Source of the DNA: an uncultured virus (IMG/VR IMGVR_UViG_3300046328_001173)
Taxonomy: Duplodnaviria > Heunggongvirae > Uroviricota > Caudoviricetes
Virus record (IMG/VR): IMGVR_UViG_3300046328_001173
Length of the DNA stretch: 64,000 bases
Strand: one strand, 5' to 3'
A program made the translations under genes and the position numbers. The notes under the pieces were generated by a model. It saw only the letters and a program-made list of their open reading frames with translations. It had not been told where the DNA came from and ran no database searches. Shown here piece after piece: positions 9,542 through 20,728 of this stretch; position 1 is the stretch's first letter, and every line of letters starts with the position of its first letter.

Positions 9542-10009
9542 ATGGATAGTGGTGCAAAGATGCTCAAACCAAAAATATGTAAAATTATGTTACGACATAG
9601 AATAAATCTTTATGGTAGAAAAATTTCTGCTGTAAATGTTTTTGATAGATATTTTGTTCAAGGTAAACATTCTCAATGGTTCAAAGACAACAATGAATGT
9701 GGATTTTTTGCTTCAGATGGGTTTAAAAATAAATATTTTGTTACACCTTACTCATCTATTAAAAAAGATGGAGATGTTTTAAATTATTATTTATTTTTTG
9801 GATCTACATCAAGAAATGAAGAAGGAAGATTGATGTTTGCAAATTCCTCAAAAGAACTTTTAGCGTTAATTAAATTAGAAGCTTGGAAAGAGATAAAACA
9901 ATTGATAGATGAAAAGAAAGCTATTGTAATGTTTTCTATTTATAATCATTGTGGAGAAACTACTAAAAAACATTTAAGAAAACATTTAAAAAAATATCTG
10001 ACAAAATAG
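9542..10009 (+). CDS. Hypothetical protein
   Basis: ORF track (start may be ATG 9587). Confidence 0.75.
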   Translation: MDSGAKMLKPKICKIMLRHRINLYGRKISAVNVFDRYFVQGKHSQWFKDNNECGFFASDGFKNKYFVTPYSSIKKDGDVLNYYLFFGSTSRNEEGRLMFANSSKELLALIKLEAWKEIKQLIDEKKAIVMFSIYNHCGETTKKHLRKHLKKYLTK

Positions 10010-10086
10010 TTAGATATTTCTTTATATCTAGAATAGTTTAAACCTTGTACTATATTATAAACAAGGGCTTTTTGTTTAATGACAAA

Positions 10087-10488
10087 ATGAAAAAGTTGAC
10101 AATTTTAAATCCTAAATTTATGCTAGTCACACCTGAAGTATTCAATGCTGCTGTAAAAGCTGCTTCACTATTAAATAGTTGCAATGGTGATTTTAATGTG
10201 TATTGTAATAACTTTTTAGTCAATCTTCCAACTAATCATAATTTAGACAGCAATACAAAAGCATCTTTAAGAGTTTCTTTCAATGAAGCTTTGTGGTATA
10301 TCAAAACATTTCCTTTGTCAAAGATAACTCTTGGCGAATCTGGTTCTGTGAAAATTGATTTACAATCTCTTGAAGAGGTAAAACAATATTTAATGGAATT
10401 GCACGAAAGCCCAGATAGATATATCGATCAAAAGGAGTGTGAACAACATATTAGTTGCCTGGAAAAAGAAATCTCTAAACTTTCTTAG
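10087..10488 (+). CDS. Hypothetical protein (likely start ATG ~10087)
   Basis: ORF track. Confidence 0.75.
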   Translation: MKKLTILNPKFMLVTPEVFNAAVKAASLLNSCNGDFNVYCNNFLVNLPTNHNLDSNTKASLRVSFNEALWYIKTFPLSKITLGESGSVKIDLQSLEEVKQYLMELHESPDRYIDQKECEQHISCLEKEISKLS

Positions 10489-10814
10489 AAGATGAACTCA
10501 TACCAACAACTTTTAGCTGAAATGCTGGAAGACCTAAGAGAAATGAATCGCTTATTAAAACAATTAGTAAAATAGTTGTTGAAGTGATTCAATTCTTTAC
10601 AACACCATTTGATTAATTTCATTTGGTGTTTTTTATTCCTTTTTAATATCTTTTCTTTATATAGTCTGCACCTATATAATTATACTCAATTACTACCTTC
10701 ACAGGCGTTTATATTCCTTATTAGCTTTGGATATAAATCGGAATAGGTGCAGACGAAATAATTTAGCTAATTATCAGTAAACCCATTTTAAAAAACTAAA
10801 AAACAAAACCCAAA

Positions 10815-12065
10815 ATGAAAAATCTTGTTTTAATTCTCGTATTTGTATTGTCTTTTGTAGCGAATTCTTTTGCTCAGACAGTTTCAACAATTAATTTTTC
10901 TTCTAATTCTGCTGTATTGAAAAACACAGTAATGAATTTGGAATTGACTGCAACTTCTTCTATCACTGTAATCGGACATACTGATAGCAGAGGTTCAGAA
11001 GAATACAACTTAGCTTTGTCTTTAAGAAGAGCTGAGGAAGTGAAGTCGCATTTGGTATCATTAGGTTATTCTGCTGACTTAATCACTGTAATTGGAAAAG
11101 GAGAATCTCAACCTTTATCTGATAATTCAAGTGTCCAAGGTAGAGCAACTAATAGAAGAGTAGAAATCGTAGTTTCAAGTTCAACTTCAACTTCAACTAT
11201 TGAAGATATTATTAATGGAAATAGCAACTCTGATCAAGTTACTTCTTCTATTGATAATGTTTCTAGTATTTCTAGTGTTGTAGTAGACTCTTCTTCAATC
11301 ACTTCTTTGAAAAACTCTTTTATTACAGTTGCAAATGTAATTTCAGATACAATTCATATCGAAGTAGTTGAATCAGAAACTACACCAGAAGACTATTATG
11401 CAATGTATGATTCTTTAATCAAATTGCATAGCGATTCAGTGAAAACTGTAATTGTTCACGAGACTTTTTATTCTTATGAACAAGAAAAAGTGGTTAAAAA
11501 AGCATTTAAAGACTCAGTTGCTAATGAGAAACGTACTCGTAAAGCAATTTATAAAGATTCTTTGAGTTCTTTGAAAGACCAATTGAAAGCATCAAAAGAG
11601 TCAGGAGATCTTGGTTTAGCATTTTGGACAAGAAGTCAAATAGCTATGTTAAAAGCTACTTACTTTAAAAATGATTATGATCCTAAAGGATTTTTTACTT
11701 ACTATGAGTATATTCCTTGCTATCCTAATGTATCTACATTAGATTTGAATATTCATAGAATTTTGAATTATTCCCCTTTAGTATATCCAATTGAGTATGC
11801 AGCTCAAGGAATTAAAGCTTTGGCTCATTCTTCATTGAAATCTCGTGCTAGATATCTTGCAATGAAAGCGTTACAACACGGTAGCTACCAAGCTTATATT
11901 AATATTCGTACAAACCATTATGGTGGGTCGAATATGATTAAATATGCTAAGAAGTATCGTAATCTTTGTAAAGCCAATAAAGGCAAAGCAGAGATTAAGG
12001 ATGTGAAAGATGTAGCAACTTTTGAACAAAATGTAGAAGTCTCTTCATCAGATAATGAAAAATAG
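10815..12065 (+). CDS. OmpA-family (OmpA_C peptidoglycan-binding) secreted protein
   Basis: Signal peptide ending SFA-Q; GHTDSRGS..YN..LS.RRA..V...L...G...G.GE..P...N....GRA.NRRVEI; Ser-rich linker. Confidence 0.9.
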   Translation: MKNLVLILVFVLSFVANSFAQTVSTINFSSNSAVLKNTVMNLELTATSSITVIGHTDSRGSEEYNLALSLRRAEEVKSHLVSLGYSADLITVIGKGESQPLSDNSSVQGRATNRRVEIVVSSSTSTSTIEDIINGNSNSDQVTSSIDNVSSISSVVVDSSSITSLKNSFITVANVISDTIHIEVVESETTPEDYYAMYDSLIKLHSDSVKTVIVHETFYSYEQEKVVKKAFKDSVANEKRTRKAIYKDSLSSLKDQLKASKESGDLGLAFWTRSQIAMLKATYFKNDYDPKGFFTYYEYIPCYPNVSTLDLNIHRILNYSPLVYPIEYAAQGIKALAHSSLKSRARYLAMKALQHGSYQAYINIRTNHYGGSNMIKYAKKYRNLCKANKGKAEIKDVKDVATFEQNVEVSSSDNEK

Positions 12066-12541
12066 TTGTTGACAAATAATTCTTGAAAAAGAGTTTTTGA
12101 AAAAGAGCTTCTCATTATCTGATTGTCCATTAAAACCAGTACAAAGTATCTTACAAAATATCTAATACCAATAACTAATTCATTCAATCAAATCCTTTTT
12201 ATTTCTCTTTAATTCTCTTTATTTCTCTTCTCTTAATATTACTATCATCTATTGAATGAAATCTTGAAATCCTGCCCTTGTTGTGAAACATTAGTAAAAG
12301 ATTTCAAGATTGGTTATTCTATCCTTCTACTATTAGAAGTTGATTAAAGAATAATTAGAGTTTAATTATTGGTAATGATATTGAGATTGATAAGAATGGA
12401 AGATTGAATGGTAAAATTGAATGGTAAAATGGTTTGGTTTGATTGAGTTGGTTATGAAGTATTTGATATATTTGATATATTGTGTTGGTTTTAGTGAAGA
12501 AGCAAAGTTTAAATTATTATTCATTTTTAATTCAATTGTTT

Positions 12542-12835
12542 ATGTTTAATTTAGTTTATTTAGAGGCATTTAAAATGCTAAAAGAACACGGAATCAACCT
12601 TAAAACTATTTCTGAACAAGAATTAGAAAATAGATTGAGCCTGCATCCAGATTTGAGTAAAGCTGTTGATATTGTAAGATACTACCATTCCTTTGTAGAC
12701 TTACTTATTGTATATAGAAGAGCTTTATCATCTGGAAATTCCACAATTGCAAATAAATCAGAAAAAATTTTGAAGGAAGAATATCCTAATGAGTTTGATG
12801 AGTATTGCAATAGTTTGAATCAAAAATTCGAGTAA
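12542..12835 (+). CDS. Hypothetical protein (likely start ATG 12542)
   Basis: ORF track. Confidence 0.7.
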   Translation: MFNLVYLEAFKMLKEHGINLKTISEQELENRLSLHPDLSKAVDIVRYYHSFVDLLIVYRRALSSGNSTIANKSEKILKEEYPNEFDEYCNSLNQKFE

Positions 12836-13262
12836 GAAATAAGAGTTAATCTTCTCTTTAAAAAGATACCTTATATAATATAATTAATATTTAATAATGA
12901 TTTGATTCAACTTCTTTCGTGTTGAATTGCAAGTCTATTTCTTATTAATTCACTGTTATTTAAGAAGAAGTTATACCAATAATCCACTTTAAAAGGATTT
13001 CTTAGGTTGTAGTTCAACCGTTTATAGATTTTAATTGTAGTCTCTTTTAAAAATATTTAAAGAAACTCTTAAAATTGAAAGAAAACAAAACTCTTCTATT
13101 ACAAGTAGAAGTAAATACTAATCTTGTAGGTGTGATGATTTATACCTTAAAAACAATCCGAAATTTGAATACACAATCTTATCTTAGAGTAGCTAGTAAC
13201 TACTATTCCGAAAAGGATAAACTTCTATAAGACTGTTGAAGTATTCAGTACAAAAATATATA

Positions 13263-13331
13263 AGAATAGATTGGTTATATTAATGTTTAATACACATTGA
13301 TATAAGTGGGTCCGATTCCCATACTATTCTC
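13263..13331 (+). ncRNA. D-stemless tRNA-like RNA (acceptor + one long hairpin + T-arm)
   Basis: AGAATAG/CTATTCT; 12-bp TTATATTAATGT/ACATTGATATAA; GTGGG-TCCGATT-CCCAT. Confidence 0.6.
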
Positions 13332-13447
13332 TAAAATGCGCTGAATACTAGAAATAGTTTTGATTTTTACTACAAAATTTTAACAATCAAAACTATTTCG
13401 ATATTTTTATGTAAAAAAATTATAATTTAATTCAAACCAAATAGTTT

Positions 13448-13948
13448 ATGAAAATAGATGCAAAACAAAAAATAAGTTTACTTGGAATTAGTCCTTTAAC
13501 TACAAAAGAATTTTTTAAAATTCCAGTTTCTAATATAGAAACAAAAGAATATACGAAAGAATATTTTGATGAAGAAATTATTTTTATTCCTAAGTATATT
13601 TATGTAGAAAGAAATGAGTCTGTCAGATATCACAAATCTACATTTAGTAAAAAAGTAATTAGTAGTTTGTCTCCAATTAGTTGTAAAATGTTTTTATATT
13701 TAATGAGTAATATTAAAAGAAATGCGGATTTTGTAGATATTGATATTAAACATTGTATGAAATGGATGCAAATAACTTCTATAAACACATATAAAAAAGC
13801 ATTAAAAGAAATAATATCTAATATAATAATTGTTCCTACAAAAGAAACAAATGTTTATTGGATTAATCCCGATGTGTTTTATAATGGTAATAGAATCAAA
13901 CATTTTCCTGATAATGTTGATATTATTCAAGATATGTCAAGAGGATAA
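13448..13948 (+). CDS. RepL-like winged-helix protein
   Basis: C-terminal HTH with YWINPDVFYNG signature. Confidence 0.65.
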   Translation: MKIDAKQKISLLGISPLTTKEFFKIPVSNIETKEYTKEYFDEEIIFIPKYIYVERNESVRYHKSTFSKKVISSLSPISCKMFLYLMSNIKRNADFVDIDIKHCMKWMQITSINTYKKALKEIISNIIIVPTKETNVYWINPDVFYNGNRIKHFPDNVDIIQDMSRG

Positions 13949-13974
13949 ATAATTGAATATAATTAATCAAAACA

Positions 13975-14418
13975 ATGGGAAAATTAATTACCTTCGCTTC
14001 TTTTTGTCAGAGTACAAAAGGAGTCTTTAAAATTACCTCTTTGATACCAAGAAGAACGCCTGATTATACATCAAAATCTGGATCTCTTTATTGGTTTGGA
14101 GGCAGTCTCTCAGATTCTGTATTAGCTTCTCTTAAATTGGCTAAAACAGATTCTGATTGGTTAAAGATATATCAAACATTACGTAAAGAAGAGAAACGTT
14201 CTCTATATGTAATAAGATTATCTAATCATTGGAGTTCAAAAGAAGATACTCAAATATCATCAAGACACCATTCAGACAATAATAAAATTAATACTTGTAA
14301 ATGGTTCTTGAAGATACCTAATAATAATCAAAATGATTTAGAGTCGACTGATACTCTTTGTGGTATTGCTAAATTATCTGATTTTGTTGGTAGAGTGCCT
14401 TCTTTTAAAAGAAAATAA
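13975..14418 (+). CDS. Hypothetical phage protein (PDY.S.SGS.YW / IRLSNHW motifs)
   Basis: ORF track. Confidence 0.8.
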   Translation: MGKLITFASFCQSTKGVFKITSLIPRRTPDYTSKSGSLYWFGGSLSDSVLASLKLAKTDSDWLKIYQTLRKEEKRSLYVIRLSNHWSSKEDTQISSRHHSDNNKINTCKWFLKIPNNNQNDLESTDTLCGIAKLSDFVGRVPSFKRK

Positions 14419-14701
14419 AAGAAAAAAAAATTAATTCATCAGAGTTAGACTCTGGAATGTAGTTGTAGTGCTTTAATGTTATTTCGATAACCTCTTACTG
14501 ACAAAAATCAACTATTCATTGACTATAAGACTCTTAGTAATGTAATAGTGTAATATTGCACGAATAGAGATTAAGTAGTGATTACTCTTTTAAGAAAGAG
14601 ATTCATAACAAGAATTAAAAATGTTTAGTCATACTATTAGACAATAAAAAATAGTTAATGATGTAATTTCATCTGCTGATAAGAAATCAAGAAGAGACTC
14701 A

Positions 14702-14766
14702 GGGATTAAGGTTAATTAGATTCTATTAAGGATTTAATTAAAGTGGTTGAACTCCATTAATCTTCA
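14702..14766 (+). ncRNA. Second D-stemless tRNA-like element
   Basis: GGGATTA/TAATCTT; 13-bp TTAATTAGATTCT/AGGATTTAATTAA-type hairpin; GTGG-TTGAACT-CCAT. Confidence 0.45.
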
Positions 14767-14810
14767 TTTTTATTTTAATGTTTTGATACAAGATTTTAAT
14801 CCAAATATTT

Positions 14811-17800
14811 ATGGAACTATCAGACAGATTAATCGATCAGTTCTATCGTCTTCTTTTCAAAGGTTATTTAAAAATCTTTATTGAAGAAATAGAACTCGCA
14901 CCAAAAGGTTGGGAAGCCTTAGGTTGGGATAATAAACCTATAAGAGGCTACAATCCACCTACAGAGATAGAACTTTCTTATAGAGAGTTTCGTGAAAGAT
15001 TTTCATATCATTGTTTATTTCATCTTTCTTGTCGTACATACAAACCTCTTCCTGAAAAATCATTAGATAATAAAGGAATGGAGAAGTCTGTAGTACAATT
15101 TAATAAAGACTTGAATGAAAAATATAAAGATACATACTTCATTGAAATCTCTGATATGAGAGGAGAGCAAAAGCATTTATTATTCACCAAATCATTAGAA
15201 AAAGTCAATGAAATCATCGAAGCCTTTAAAGCTATTAAAAATAGTTGGGCTTCTGAGTTTCTTTTTCTAGTGGAATACTTTGAAATGGAAACTACTTTTG
15301 AAATGTATCGGTCTTCAACAGTATTTGAAGATTCTTATACGTAAGTTTAATCAATTTAACTCAAAAAATCACAAAAAATATGAAAACCATCACAATCCCT
15401 CAAGAAATAGTTGATACTTTATTGTGTCAAACTATTCAGTTTCATAAGTTGAGTAACGAAGATTTTACTTTATTGCAAGAATTTATTTCTTCAATTCAAG
15501 GTAAAGAATTAATCGTAACTCCTATGAACGGTTCTATTGTAGCTAGATTGTTAAACACAATTTACTATAATATGGAAAAAATTTCTGGTAAGATTGACAG
15601 AGAAAACTTCTTAATTCGAGATGCACAAGGTTTGAAAAGAGAATTTATTTCTGAACAAGACTTGGATTCTGTTTTTGTACAAAAAGATTTGAAAGGAGTT
15701 TACACGGTAAACTTGGATTTCTTAGGTCTTGATGACTATAATAGAAGACGAGCTGAAAAAGATGTGTATCTTTCTGGTGATGTAGTATACTCTATTTATT
15801 GGAGTATTCTAAGTAAACTTAAAGATGTAATGGCTTTCTTTAATGGTTATTTAACTAGAAAAGAGCTATTATCTTTTCCTTCTTTGCCTTTCGAAGATTT
15901 CTTTTACGGAAAAAGTATTTCAAAGGAAATGTTGAAAGTATTACAAGAAAATGTAGATAATCTAAACTATAATTCTAAATATTTTCAAGATTCTTCTATG
16001 GAAGTTTCCTCAGATAATTATCTTCAAGACGGTATTAGATCAGAAAAAGACTTTAAAGAAATGTTAGAAAATCTTTATTGGGCTTATTTTGGTGTAGAGA
16101 ACCGAGAAGAAAATGGATTGATGTGGGCCAGATGGGACGAATTGGAAGTCGCAGAAAATCAAATTGATTTGTTCGCTTTATAAACTAATCCGATATGATT
16201 TTTAATTATCACAACCCTGTCACAGATAAAATAGAAGAAGTAAATACTGATTCTATAAAATCAATGCCTGAATATTATCTGAAAGGAGAAGATGTAGTTC
16301 TTGCATTTGACGCACTCTTTAATCGCCATAAAGATACTTTGAGTATTGTAATCTTAGATGTATTGAATAATATTCGATATAAAGCTACAAGATTATCTAT
16401 ACTTGGTATGATTTATAGAGATGAGTTTAAAAGATTTAGTTTTGCTTATTCTAAAATCTAAATCATAAAATTATGATTACAATCATCATTGCAGTAACAT
16501 TATTCAGTATATTCTTCTATTTCAAAGAAAAAAGAGATAGAGATCTACTTGATAAAGAATAATCCGTTCACTTTTAAACATCAAATCAGATGAAATATTT
16601 AAAAGAATTACAAGAATTTTACAATGAAGTAGTGGATATCAATCACGCTGTAAGAATGCTTGAAGAAAGATATCTACCTGAATTACCTGTACCACCAGCT
16701 TTAGTTGCATTGTACAACAAAAATCCCACTAAAGAAGAATTTGAGGAATACATCTCTCTTTCTAAACAATTTAATATAGATTGGGAAACTTATGAAAAGA
16801 GTTGTAATGGATATAGACAATCAAAAGCTACAATTGAAGAAACTATTCAAAAATTTCTTTCAGATAAAGCCGGATTGAGTAATATAGCTGAAAAATCTCG
16901 TGAAAAGGTTTGGTGTTTGGCTTATTCAAGAGGTAAATTATTTGGTTGGCAACAAGTCTATGAAGAACTTGTAGAATTAATTGATTTATTCTTAGATTAA
17001 TTAATTCTATTTTCTTTTTCATCAATTTTCCTTTAATTTAAGCTCTTAGTTTTTTTCTTGATGATTATCATTAATAAAGAAAGATGTGATCTTAAATCGA
17101 ATGATTTGCAGTAATAATAATATTCAATTCACAATATAAATTTCACATAGAATGGAAAATTCATTCAAATTCGATGAAAGCCAAATTAAAGAGGCTCAAC
17201 TAATCTTTGATAAATACTCTTGGTCTTATGATTTAGAGGGTATTAATGAGGCTAAAAAAGCTTTGGAAGATTCTAATAACCTAATAAATGCTTTAGGTAT
17301 TGGCGATAACTTAGAAGAAATTAAACTTCTTAGAAGAACAGTTGATTGGGCTATTATGGTTCTTGGTTCACAATTAGAACTTAGAGAACTATCCGCAGAA
17401 GAATTGAAAGCCAAGACTGATAAAATTTTTGGCAGTAATTTTAAACCTAACTCAGAAAGTTTTGAATTTCAGATGAAGGCTTTTATTAATAACACTTTTA
17501 ATGAAGAAGAAATTTTATTCCTTCAAATAAAATCTGAATTGCAGCATTTACTCAATACCAGAGAAGAAGATAATTACATCTTAATTGCAATGGCTATTAG
17601 AGAAACTCATAGATTGGAATTTGAAAGAAATATACCAATTTGTGAGTATCCTGACAACTCTTGGACACAATTTAAAGAGACTTTTAGAGGTTTGATTCGT
17701 CAGATTACATATCTAAGAGACGATACCAATTTCATTGATTGGTATGCTAACGAAACAGCAAATCTCTAACAAAAAACTCAATACTGCGAGATGTAATAAT

Positions 17801-18779
17801 CTTTATGATATTGAGTTTTATTTTTCACCCAATACTTTTATAAAAAATGAATCACATAAAAAAAATTGTAAACAATTTTGAAATCTCATTGTTTGTATCT
17901 AGTTTTTTATTAGAAACATTGGCAAACATTTCAATCAAAAAATTAAAAAGTAGAGTTACAGCGTCTGATTTATTAGATGCAATGAATCTGTTAGAGAAAA
18001 ACAATATTTATACTACTTCTAAATTCTCTTCGCATCATATTTCTGCACTTATCGACTTTTTAGAAATTTCTATTGAAGAAAATAAAAAAGTTCGTAAAAT
18101 GTTGCGGGATTTCGAAAATACCGAAATCGGTAAAGAAGTAATTAAGCGATATAACGAACCTCTATCTGGTCTTTATTGTGATTTAGTATTACATAAAGAC
18201 GATGCGCCAAGAGGTTTAGGTATGACTAATGGTTTATGGGAAATTCCAGGAATCGTTTCATACAGTCTCGAAAGAGAAGAAGTAAAAATTGCAGTTAAAG
18301 AGTTGTTGAGTAATCAATTAATTTAAATCTTCTTCGATATGAAAACTAGCATAATAACTCTGCCAATAGAAGGCTATCCAAATCTTTGTTTTGTTGTAGT
18401 CAATAGAGCAACGGGTTTATTCGTAGAATTTCAATATACGATACAAGAAACGGTGAACAATGAAGTAGTCGACAGAATTTATCGTAACAATTCACTTAGC
18501 GACAGCCATTCAGTATTGTTTGCTCGTTATGTTTGTTCTATCTTGCATAAAGAAGCTATACCTATTGTAAAACATCAGGTATGTAAAGAATTTGAATCAA
18601 GAGAATTATTCTTAGATTCAATTCCAGATCAACTTAGAGAAATAGTCAGAACTTTTGAAAAAAAGATTACTAAATTGTACAAAGAATACAAAGGAAGAGA
18701 AGAAATATTGTCAAATCTTTCTGGTATGCCGTACAATGGAAGTAAAAAAGATTTAATTCAAATTCTTTCAAAAGAATAA
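14811..18779 (+). other. Block of co-oriented hypothetical CDSs (14811, 15380, 16195, 16590, 17152, 17847, 18339)
   Basis: Intact ORFs in track, no recognisable motifs. Confidence 0.8.
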
Positions 18780-19468
18780 TCAATCAAATAATCATTCTTC
18801 ACAGTAAATCATTAGAATCTTAGCACCTAATAATCGGTCTTCTAAACTAAATAGAAAAACCTTTATGAGGTTAATCTAAGGTAATTGAGACTTCTAATGA
18901 TTTAAAGGTATCTGAATACTAAACAGATATTTGTGAAGAATGGTTATTGATTTAATACAAAAAATAATTAAATTTTTAAACACCTACAAAAAGGAGCGTC
19001 AAAAAATATATTGCTTTTTAAACAGTGGCCTCTGAAGGAGATGCTTGGTCTAATACTGCTCTTCTTTTTAGTTCTCAAAAAGAAATAACCGAATTCTTTT
19101 CAAATTCTAAACTTGTTTTTGAAACACTTAAATTTGAATTTGAAGAATATGAAGATCTCGACTCTTGTATTACACTTCGTAGAAATAATGAAGGTGTTAT
19201 CAATGGAGTTGAAATTATTCACGAATATTGTGGAGAAGTGTATATTCTTGAAATGAGTGAAGGATTTGTGATTTCAAGTAAAAAACAAAACAAATTGAAT
19301 ATCTTCAAGGTCAAGAATATAAGTGTAATCTAAACGAATTTAACTCAGTTTAGACGCTTATTTAGTTATTTACTTAGTAAGTAATTATTATATGTTATTT
19401 TTCACATAAAAAGAAAGATACATCTTCAATTACTTGAGGATTTCAATTTTGTTTTATATTTAATAAAA

Positions 19469-19610
19469 GTCTTGGTGGTGGAATTGGTAGACATATTATC
19501 TGAAAAGATAAGCCTGATAAAGAAAACAAAACTCTGGTAAAGTTTATAATCTTTATTACTTAATACCAATTAAGTAAAAGGGTGTGCAGGTTTAATTTCT
19601 GTTCGAAACA
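19469..19610 (+). ncRNA. Degenerate tRNA-Leu-like RNA with non-canonical anticodon arm and very large variable region
   Basis: GTGGTGGAATTGGTAGACA D-arm; TTATCT-GAAA-AGATAA; branched ~70-nt insert; GCAGG-TTTAATT-TCTGT; TCGAAAC-A-CAA. Confidence 0.7.
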
Positions 19611-19885
19611 CAAATTTTAATTACTTTCTAATGAAAAAATATTTCAATGTTCAAATCCAAATTCTTTGTAGTGTAATTCTATCTGTAATAATTATTACAG
19701 TAGTAAACTGCATTGCAATCACAAGAATCTCTATTCAATTGATAATTTCTCTGGTTTTAGTTACTGGTTTAGTAGTTAAAATATGGTGGGAAACTTCTTT
19801 GAATGATGAGTTGGAGTAAAAATTTAATTTTAAAAGCAATTTTAATAGTATTTAAAATTAATTTCGCCATTAAACAAAAACTAAT

Positions 19886-20317
19886 ATGGATATCAAAAAT
19901 TTAAAAGTATCTGAATTAAAAGAAATTTTAATTGAAGAGGGTATAGATTTCCCAAGTAATGCTAAAAAAGCTGCTTTAATAGAAATCGTAAAAAAAGTTT
20001 TTAGTCCAATTATAGGTTACATTAATCCAAAAAAAGTAAAAAAAGTTGGTTATGTAGAATATATCGGTGTAGAACCTTTTGGTTGCCCTTGTATATATTT
20101 AGAAGGGTTAGAAATTAATATTCAAGACCTTGAAACTCAATTTAACACTAAATTTGAGAGAGGTACTTTGTTTATAACTAATCGTAACAGTATTTACAAA
20201 TACGAAGAAAAATTTTATTCTTTATCTATGATAGATTTTGTAGATGGAAATACGATTGGTTTTCAATATCAAAAAGGTTTTAATAGAAGTAAATTAAGTG
20301 AGTATTTAGTAAAATAA
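19886..20317 (+). CDS. HeH/LEM (Rho_N-like) domain protein
   Basis: LKVSELKEIL...GI.FPSNAKKAALI N-terminus. Confidence 0.7.
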   Translation: MDIKNLKVSELKEILIEEGIDFPSNAKKAALIEIVKKVFSPIIGYINPKKVKKVGYVEYIGVEPFGCPCIYLEGLEINIQDLETQFNTKFERGTLFITNRNSIYKYEEKFYSLSMIDFVDGNTIGFQYQKGFNRSKLSEYLVK

Positions 20318-20380
20318 ATACTTCAAAGGTTATTTGTTTTACCTTAAATTGAACAACTCAAAATCAAAATTTCAATTTCA

Positions 20381-20728
20381 ATGAAAAACTATCTCATTTT
20401 TCTAGTATTTACAACATTAGTTTGTGGAACTAGCTTAGCTTGTATCGAATCATTTAAATTTAGTGTGATTGAGGCTATTGGCTTCTCAACTATGTTTGGT
20501 ACAATGCTAATTGTAATCGTATTTATGATAGAATCTGCCAATGTAGAAGATACCAGACACATTATCTTTGGATTGATAGCTAGTTTTACATTCTTATACC
20601 CATTCTTAGTGTTGGTATTAAGTTTAATAGTCAATCTTAATCAAGCTGCATTACTTGGATTTGTAGGTTATGTTGCATTGTTAGGTTTTGTATTGAGTCT
20701 TGGGTTTTTTATAACCAGGATTAGATAG
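20381..20728 (+). CDS. Multi-pass membrane protein
   Basis: About four hydrophobic segments. Confidence 0.75.
   Translation: MKNYLIFLVFTTLVCGTSLACIESFKFSVIEAIGFSTMFGTMLIVIVFMIESANVEDTRHIIFGLIASFTFLYPFLVLVLSLIVNLNQAALLGFVGYVALLGFVLSLGFFITRIR

Noticed and set aside
14520..14700. Group I intron (GACTA/TAGTC P7-like pair) or full tmRNA
   Set aside because: No other core elements, tag ORF or interrupted host gene can be identified.
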